Part shown: positions 61,702 through 64,000 of the stretch, piece by piece
Position numbering within the stretch: position 1 is the stretch's first letter
How the letters are laid out: every line of letters starts with the position of its first letter
Assembly: GCA_964106645.2 (NCBI GenBank)
Contig: OZ067039.1
Origin: Podarcis pityusensis
Lineage: Eukaryota
DNA: 64,000 bases
Strand: one strand, 5' to 3'
Translations under genes and position numbers: made by a program
Notes under the pieces: generated by a model
The model's database searches: none
What the model was told of the DNA's origin: nothing
What the model saw: the letters and a program-made list of their open reading frames with translations, nothing else

Positions 61702-62887
61702 GTAAGGAGCAGCAACTCTTTGGGGACCCGCTGGGCAAGGGGGTTGGAAAAAGCAGGATTTCATTTCCACCCAGATATCTGGCTCAAGCAGAATCTCATT
61801 CTAAAGTTACATCCACACCATCCAATTAAAGCCCTCTTATACCACTTTAATAGTCATGGCTTCCTCCAAAGAATCATGGGAACTGTAGTTTGGGTTGCTG
61901 AGAGCTGTTAGGCAACTCCTCACAGAGCTACCGTTCCCGGTGCCCTTAACCAGTTCCCAGGATTCTTTGGGGGAAGCCATGACTGTTAAAATGGTCTAAG
62001 AGAGTTTTAAATGGATGATGTGACCCATCTAATACACCATCTTGTTCTCGCTACTGGGACTCCCTACTGGATCACAATTTGATCTAGACCAAGTCACACC
62101 AACCACACTACCACTATGCAGAAATACAGCTAAAAATTAAGAGGTGGGTCCCCAAATGCATGTCTTGGCAGAAGGTGGTCCCAAGTCTCAAAAGGTGGAA
62201 GATTACTGTCGTCGTGTACGCCTGGAGAAATACATTGGACTTGACCTGTGTTGCATGAATGCTGAAATGGTTTTCCAGCATCCAAAATGGATATGCTGTC
62301 TCTTTATTTAGTTATCACAATTATTTACATTCCACCAAGGTGGCTTACAGGTAATATTTCAATTAGGTTAGTATTTTTATTGTATTTCTAAAATATCTAT
62401 CAAAAACACATCCTGATCCTTCACACACAACGTTCACCCTGGGGTGGTGAGGAGATAGTCAAGCAAGAACAGGCCCTGTTTATCATAGAATCATAAAATG
62501 ATAGAGTTGATGTTGATCTAAGTACATATTTCTCAGAGGCATGGAGAGAATGTGGCCTTCCAGTTGATGTTGGGCACAAACTCCCATCAGCCTCTGCTAG
62601 CCTGGCCAGTGGTGAGGGATGATGGGAGTTGTAGTCCAACAAATATTGGGAGGGCACCAAATTCCTCGTCCCTGAAAACCCTGTGAAAGTTTATTATACT
62701 GGGTTAACTCCCCTTGAGAATGTCTCCTCTACTCTGCGCGTGAGGTTTTGTGGCTGTAAAGGTCTTCAGGTTGAAAGTGATTATGCAGGACAATTTGGCT
62801 CCTCCACCATCTGATTCTGGCCACAAGCACACGGGTGTTTGCTTTGCTGCATGTCCCTAATCTCATGTGACACTTCCTGCCTTGCAG

Positions 62888-63023
62888 ACTCCAAATGACG
62901 GAGGCCGCTTTGGCTTTGTCCGAGCAGAAGGTGTGCAACCTGGGAGAGCTGCTGAGTACGGCAAAGCAGGAGCAGGCGAGGCTGGTTGAGAGCCAGGCCA
63001 AAGAGTTGCAGCAACAGAAAATG
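62888..63023 (+). CDS. LRRC45: LRRC45 exon KLQMTEAALALSEQK...QQQKM
   Basis: ttgcAG / GTaggc. Confidence 0.94.
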
Positions 63024-63080
63024 GTAGGCCGGGATGGTCTGGGCAGACTGGGGCCATCTGTGGCTGAGAAAGTGGCAGGT

Positions 63081-63329
63081 GGCCAGTGTGGTGTAGTGGT
63101 TAAGAGCGGTAGTCTCGTAATCTGGTGAACTGGGTACGCGTCTCCGCTCCTCCACATACAGCTGCTGGGTGACCATGGGCTAGTCACACTTCTCTGAAGT
63201 CTCTCAGCCCCACTCACCTCACAGAGTGTTTGTTGTGGGGGAGGAAGGGAAAGGAGATTGTTAGCTGTTTTGAGACTCCTTAGGGTAGTGAGAAAGCGGG
63301 ATATCAAATCCAAACTCTTCTTCTTCTTC
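63081..63329 (+). mobile_element. tRNA-derived CORE/MIR-like squamate SINE (Squam3-type) with (CTT)n tail
   Basis: A-box-like TGGTGTAGTGG, GGGTGACCATGGGCTAGTCA core, CTT tail. Confidence 0.75.
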
Positions 63330-63465
63330 AGCATGGAAGAAGTGGGAAAGGTGCCCAGAGCTGATGTGGTGGTATGGGAAGCAGTGCTACATAGGGGGTA
63401 TGTGAGGAGGATGGAAGAAAAGTAGGGGAAGAAGAACTGATAGTTGCCACTGCCTGCCTTTGTAG

Positions 63466-63543
63466 GCATCTGCTAATCGAGAGGCAACACTTCAGCGAGA
63501 ACTTTCAGCAGCCCATGAGAAAAACCTCCTGCTCAAGAATCAG
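63466..63543 (+). CDS. LRRC45: LRRC45 exon ASANREATLQRELSAAHEKNLLLKNQ
   Basis: ttgtAG / GTaaga. Confidence 0.93.
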
Positions 63544-63735
63544 GTAAGAGAATGGCTTGAGTATCTGCAATGGGTAGCTTACCTGAGTCACACACACAGA
63601 CACACACCCCAGAACTCCTGACAGCCCATCTTCTCCTTTTCCTGCCACCAGGCTCCTGCCTCTCACCCTTGTCCCAGCAGTCCAGGGTGCAGAGACTGGG
63701 CTTGCCTGGGTATCATGAGAGTGGCTTCCTTCTAG

Positions 63736-63847
63736 GTGAGCGACCTGGAAAGAAGGTGCAAAGCACAGCAGGAGCAGCTCTTCCAGGTGAAGGAGGACCT
63801 GACCCACACAACTGCAGAAATGAAGCTGCGGGCTGTACAGGCTGAAG
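63736..63847 (+). CDS. LRRC45: LRRC45 exon VSDLERRCKAQQEQLFQ...LRAVQAE
   Basis: ttctAG / GTgagc. Confidence 0.94.
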
Positions 63848-63973
63848 GTGAGCAGGATTTGGGGAGTCTGGAGCTGTTGAATGTAAGATGCAGTCTGGAT
63901 TCCACAGAAGAGGTGAATCGGTGAAGGATCAAGCAGCTGGCACCTCATTGTAGTTCTCCCTGCTTATCCTCAG

Positions 63974-64000
63974 AGCGTTTGGACATGGAGAAGAAGAGGT
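63974..64000 (+). CDS. LRRC45: LRRC45 exon ERLDMEKKR (truncated by window end)
   Basis: cctcAG acceptor; phase-consistent. Confidence 0.9.

Larger units (their letters stand above)
54482..64000 (+). other. LRRC45: LRRC45 gene span (centrosome linker/ciliary LRR-coiled-coil protein), 3'-partial
   Basis: N-terminus [23 protein letters not shown]-like LRRs ([32 protein letters not shown]), then coiled-coil exons; synteny with CENPX. Confidence 0.96.

Noticed and set aside
62729-63469. Longest ORF in the window (246 aa, minus strand)
   Set aside because: Antisense to an LRRC45 exon and a SINE; no recognisable domain

Overview
This is vertebrate (squamate, probably lacertid lizard) genomic DNA, not prokaryotic, so most entries in the ORF track are spurious. 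Three spliced genes can be rebuilt exon by exon with GT-AG boundaries and consistent reading phases. (1) The 3' half of ASPSCR1/TUG (+ strand, 10 exons, 381-34768, containing the UBX domain and a ~19 kb intron). (2) The complete 82-aa CENPX/STRA13/MHF2 gene (- strand, 5 exons, 51123-43473). (3) The 5' part of LRRC45 (+ strand, from ATG 54482 to the window end). The order ASPSCR1 -> <- CENPX <- -> LRRC45 matches human 17q25.3. Non-coding DNA holds Sauria SINEs, other tRNA-derived SINEs, BovB/CR1/Penelope fragments, and several MITE families with visible TIRs and target-site duplications. Main hypotheses worth testing: clusters of TCF/LEF motifs in ASPSCR1 introns that may be Wnt enhancers for the neighbouring NOTUM; a hAT MITE family that carries ZNF143/SBS motifs like those in the local promoters; Tc2-like MITEs whose interiors are modular arrays of hairpins; an inverted MITE pair in CENPX intron 1; inverted SINEs flanking three ASPSCR1 exons (circRNA geometry); and a second ZNF143+RFX promoter plus an overlapping uORF for LRRC45. 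I found no convincing novel protein-coding system.
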